A DNA stretch of 7,512 nucleotides, taken from contig PRDJ01000029.1 in NCBI GenBank assembly GCA_003345555.1, forward strand, positions 1 to 7,512. The letters are read 5' to 3'. The translations under genes and the position numbers were made by a program. The first letter of the stretch is position 1, and each line of letters opens with the position of its first letter. The notes beneath the pieces were generated by a model. The model was not told the DNA's origin. It worked only from the letters and a program-made list of their open reading frames with translations, and searched no databases. This document shows, piece after piece, positions 5,166 to 7,512 of this stretch. Origin of the DNA: Candidatus Thorarchaeota archaeon. GTDB lineage: Archaea; Asgardarchaeota; Thorarchaeia; Thorarchaeales; Thorarchaeaceae.

Positions 5166-7214
5166 CTAGACCTCATGCCGCGCCGAGACTTTGACGACAA
5201 TCAGGAATGCCAGAGCACAAGTGCAACCGATCCCTGCGAGCAAGACCAAATATGAGGGAACCGATTGAATGGAGTCCGGTATGTGCGGGTCATGACCTGT
5301 CTGATATTCGATTCTGTTCGTCAGGCCATCTCCATCAGGATCTAGTTGGGAATCATCAACTAGTGGATTGAGACTGTGAGCCTCCTCCCACCCGTCCGGC
5401 ATCCCATCTTTGTCTGTATCATTGCTTTGCGGGTTGGTCTTGAGCAGGAATTCGACGGCATTGGTCAATCCGTCTTGGTCGGGGTCATCTCCTGAGTCAT
5501 TGACAAGCGGCTTGAGCACATTATCGACTTCCCATCCGTCAGACATCCCGTCTCTGTCAGTATCATCGTCTCTTGGATTCGTACGTAGCCCATACTCGGC
5601 AATATTGCTGAGTCCATCGCCGTCGGGGTCGCTAGCTGAATCGTCCACAAGAGGATTGAGACTATACTTCACCTCCCAGCCGTCGCTCATGCCGTCATAA
5701 TCGGAATCATAGTACTTGGGGTCTGTGTGCAGAAGAATCTCGTCTCCATCGTTCAGATCATCATTGTCAGTGTCTGGGTTAAACCGATCTAGGCCTAGTA
5801 TCATCTCGTCACCGTTTGATGCCCCGTCGCCGTCGGTGTCAACAAGGAATGCATTGTGCCAGAATTCCTGACTGTCAGGAATACTGTTTCCTTCGAGGTC
5901 TGTATCATGTACTATAACCAAGTGCACTGTTGTTGCATTTACACCTGTGTTAGTTACCCTGAGAGTATGGATTCCAAGTGCCGACGTGTTGAGGCGGAGC
6001 ACCGTTGCATTTGCAGCAGATTCTTCATTTGTGCTGTTTGAAGCCAGTCCGGACAAATAGGGGTCAAACACTGAGAACTCGAGACTATCTGCACCTGACC
6101 AAGATCCCCTGACGTCGACTTCGGTTGGCATCGTCATTTCAAAGAGATAATCTCGGCTTGCCCCCGAAGCGAGGTCCGTCGAGTACTCAGAATAGGTCAG
6201 CTGACCTTGCGTACGGCTCAGAGTGAAGGCGATGCTGGCTCCAATGCTCGCTATTGCGGCAGCAGCCACTGTGTAGTTGTAGAGAACATTGTCCCATCTG
6301 TCCTGTGAGGTATGGTACGCATTATCAAGTGCCATACCTGTCTCGAAGGCGAATATGTTGCTCTTGTATCCTCTCTGGACGAACGGGTAGTGGTCCGATT
6401 GTCTCCAGTACGGGAAAGAAGACGATGGTGATGGGTAGATGATAGGAGTGGCAAAAAGGCTGCTCATACACCTTGCCATCTCAGCCCAGTATCTTGCATC
6501 CTGATGAATCGTTCCGCTACCGACTTGGTAGTTCATCAGAATCCTCTGATCGGATGGCCGGTTCGGATCTTGAACAAGCAACATATCGACATTGAAGTCC
6601 ACAAGGACATCGATTCTCTTGCTGAGAAACAAGGTCGACACTTCTCCACTTCCGCGAAGGCCCTGTTCTTCGCTGTTCCACAGACAGAAGTAGATGTTTA
6701 GCGGCCAGTCATATTGTGAGAGCACGCGTGCTAGCTCAAGTACTGTCGCAACTCCCGATCCGTCATCGTTTGCTCCAGGCGCCACAGACACCGTATCAAA
6801 ATGCCCGCCGATGACTATGGAAGGCCCGCTTGTTCCGAGATATCCTGGCAGTCTTCCAACCACAGACTTGTAGTTCCCCAGTACGCTTACATTGATTTTC
6901 CCGTTTGACAGACCGACCAATTCCTGTGTTAGCCAGGAGATTGCTTGTGTATTGGCTTCGGAGCCATAGTATCGGCTACCGTTTTCTGTCAGCTTGACTA
7001 TGAACTGCTGGAATGAGGAAACAGAGACCTGTTCATAAACGGCTTTGGCAAGATCCGTCGCATAGACCAAACCAAAGGAGGTTTCTGCCCCGCGCGAAGT
7101 ACCTGACGAATGAATGTCTATCGCGGCAGGAAATTGTCCCTGTACTAGCGTCGACGCTAACGGGCTCAATGTGAAAAGAAGCAAGCAGATTGCAGAAATG
7201 TACGGCTTCTTCAA
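5166..7214 (-). CDS. Membrane-anchored M28-family Zn aminopeptidase with beta-sandwich domain and thrombospondin-type-3-like Ca2+-binding repeats (~682 aa)
   Basis: M28 motifs in order: GGHFD (H222), GANDDGSG (D234), NSEEQGL (E266 catalytic, E267 ligand), NVDM (D294), SDH, YHTSQD (H385). Start placed at TTG 7214 because it gives a signal peptide (MKKPYISAICLLLFTLSPLAS), has TAAGGA 7 nt upstream, and the ATG at 7466 would overlap the divergent gene. C-terminal TM YLVLLAGIGCTCALAFLIVV; TAG 5166-5168. Confidence 0.92.
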   Translation of the reverse strand: MKKPYISAICLLLFTLSPLASTLVQGQFPAAIDIHSSGTSRGAETSFGLVYATDLAKAVYEQVSVSSFQQFIVKLTENGSRYYGSEANTQAISWLTQELVGLSNGKINVSVLGNYKSVVGRLPGYLGTSGPSIVIGGHFDTVSVAPGANDDGSGVATVLELARVLSQYDWPLNIYFCLWNSEEQGLRGSGEVSTLFLSKRIDVLVDFNVDMLLVQDPNRPSDQRILMNYQVGSGTIHQDARYWAEMARCMSSLFATPIIYPSPSSSFPYWRQSDHYPFVQRGYKSNIFAFETGMALDNAYHTSQDRWDNVLYNYTVAAAAIASIGASIAFTLSRTQGQLTYSEYSTDLASGASRDYLFEMTMPTEVDVRGSWSGADSLEFSVFDPYLSGLASNSTNEESAANATVLRLNTSALGIHTLRVTNTGVNATTVHLVIVHDTDLEGNSIPDSQEFWHNAFLVDTDGDGASNGDEMILGLDRFNPDTDNDDLNDGDEILLHTDPKYYDSDYDGMSDGWEVKYSLNPLVDDSASDPDGDGLSNIAEYGLRTNPRDDDTDRDGMSDGWEVDNVLKPLVNDSGDDPDQDGLTNAVEFLLKTNPQSNDTDKDGMPDGWEEAHSLNPLVDDSQLDPDGDGLTNRIEYQTGHDPHIPDSIQSVPSYLVLLAGIGCTCALAFLIVVKVSARHEV
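5274..5906 (-). repeat. Thrombospondin-type-3-like DxDxDGxx(D/N)xxE Ca2+-binding repeats: 8 clear copies and 1 degenerate
   Basis: Motifs at aa 521 (degenerate DTDLEGNSIPDSQE), 543, 565, 587, 613, 635, 661, 683 and 709, e.g. DTDGDGASNGDE, DSDYDGMSDGWE, DPDGDGLSNIAE; spacing 22,22,22,26,22,26,22,26. Confidence 0.88.
5907..6194 (-). other. PPC-like beta-sandwich domain between the peptidase and the Ca2+ repeats (aa ~425-520)
   Basis: Alternating beta pattern (RDYLFEMT, EVDVRGSW, SLEFSVFDP, GIHTLRVTN, VHLVIV), typical of pre-peptidase C-terminal domains; four N-x-S/T sequons within ~35 aa. Confidence 0.45.
6219..7049 (-). other. Peptidase M28 catalytic domain (aa ~140-416)
   Basis: All five Zn ligands and the general base are present (codons starting at 6803, 6767, 6671/6668, 6587, 6314), plus Tyr384 next to the last His as in Streptomyces griseus aminopeptidase. 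Confidence 0.9.
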
Positions 7215-7221
7215 GAGGCGT

Positions 7222-7227
7222 TCCTTA
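7222..7227 (-). promoter_or_regulatory. Shine-Dalgarno-like site for the M28 peptidase gene
   Basis: TAAGGA on the minus strand, 7-nt spacer to TTG 7214. Confidence 0.55.
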
Positions 7228-7402
7228 CGACTTTGCTCCCTAGCTGGTCTATTGTACTTTCTGATAACCGCGGTGTTCTGCTTCCCCGACGTTACGTAGA
7301 GTGGATACCTGCGTACATCTGGCAGAACTTGCCTCTGCTGCTCAGCCAATGGAAACAGATGGATGAGGGAGCAGCCTAAAATTGATGTTGTTTCTCCATT
7401 AG

Positions 7403-7417
7403 AGCGAAGGTATAGAT
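7403..7417 (+). promoter_or_regulatory. Candidate archaeal BRE-TATA promoter for the nadE-like gene
   Basis: Purine-rich AGCGAAGG followed by TATAGA (7411-7416); the usual ~25-nt offset puts the TSS near 7438-7440, just before the SD. Confidence 0.35.
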
Positions 7418-7439
7418 TGGGCACTTCTCCCAAACAAGA

Positions 7440-7445
7440 AAGGGG
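7440..7445 (+). promoter_or_regulatory. Shine-Dalgarno-like site for the nadE-like gene
   Basis: AAGGGG, 8-nt spacer to TTG 7454. Confidence 0.5.
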
Positions 7446-7453
7446 ACACAAAC

Positions 7454-7512
7454 TTGAGAATAGCACTGGCTCAGGTCAACCCGACAATGGGCGACTTCCA
7501 GGGGAATCTAAG
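7454..7512 (+). CDS. nadE: 5' end (truncated by the window) of a carbon-nitrogen hydrolase-domain protein, most likely glutamine-dependent NAD+ synthetase
   Basis: TTG AGA ATA GCA CTG GCT CAG GTC AAC CCG ACA ATG GGC GAC TTC CAG GGG AAT CTA = MRIALAQVNPTMGDFQGNL, matching the (I/V)ALAQxNPxxGDxxGNL start of the nitrilase-like glutaminase domain of Gln-dependent NadE; AAGGGG lies 8 nt upstream. Only 19 codons are visible, so a stand-alone nitrilase-family protein cannot be excluded. Confidence 0.65.
   Translation, partial: MRIALAQVNPTMGDFQGNL

Noticed and set aside
5274-5906. Repeat region considered as CRISPR, VNTR or DGR template/variable repeat
   Set aside because: Repeats are in frame, conserved at protein level with synonymous divergence, have no unique spacers or adenine-specific differences, and there is no RT or cas gene in the window.
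266-7299. Numerous 61-118-aa antisense or alternate-frame ORFs in the track
   Set aside because: All lie within the two long CDSs and lack recognisable motifs; they are the expected shadow ORFs at this GC content.
98-7420. CCAAT/ATTGG pentamer in all three non-coding gaps (98, 4964, 5020, 5073, 7346, 7416)
   Set aside because: Six hits look enriched, but the motif was picked post hoc from hundreds of 5-mers, two hits are arms of the same inverted repeat, and it also occurs about ten times in coding DNA. No support for a eukaryote-like CCAAT box.
7215-7466. 84-codon N-terminal extension of the peptidase ORF from ATG 7466
   Set aside because: It buries the signal peptide, has no protein-like pattern and overlaps head-to-head with the nadE-like start at 7454; TTG 7214 has a good SD.

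Overview
Archaeal-looking, probably Asgard (Thorarchaeota-like) genomic window; the taxonomy is inferred from protein architecture and was not searched. It holds two complete co-oriented minus-strand genes for single-pass cell-surface proteins and the first 19 codons of a divergent plus-strand gene. (1) 216..4901(-): a ~1,560-aa receptor-like glycoprotein: signal peptide, CBM-like jelly-roll with a DxDxDG Ca2+ motif, Trp-rich/MG2-like region, seven ~97-aa Ig-like repeats, one TM helix, then a cytoplasmic longin-like domain and a winged-helix-like C-terminus. (2) 5166..7214(-), TTG start rather than the ATG at 7466: a membrane-anchored M28 Zn-aminopeptidase with a complete metal/catalytic residue set, a beta-sandwich domain, a stalk of thrombospondin-type-3-like Ca2+ repeats and a C-terminal TM anchor. 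(3) 7454..>7512(+): MRIALAQVNPTMGDFQGNL, the N-terminus of a carbon-nitrogen hydrolase domain, most like glutamine-dependent NAD+ synthetase; it is missing from the ORF track. The 264-bp gap between the two surface genes has a bulged 13-bp inverted repeat around an AT-rich core plus small palindromes. The main candidate novelty is the ectodomain-TM-longin-winged helix protein, a possible transmembrane signalling receptor built on a eukaryote-type trafficking/GTPase-regulator fold. No RNA genes, CRISPR arrays or mobile elements are supported. Residue numbers refer to the ORF-track translations (1561 aa and 766 aa).
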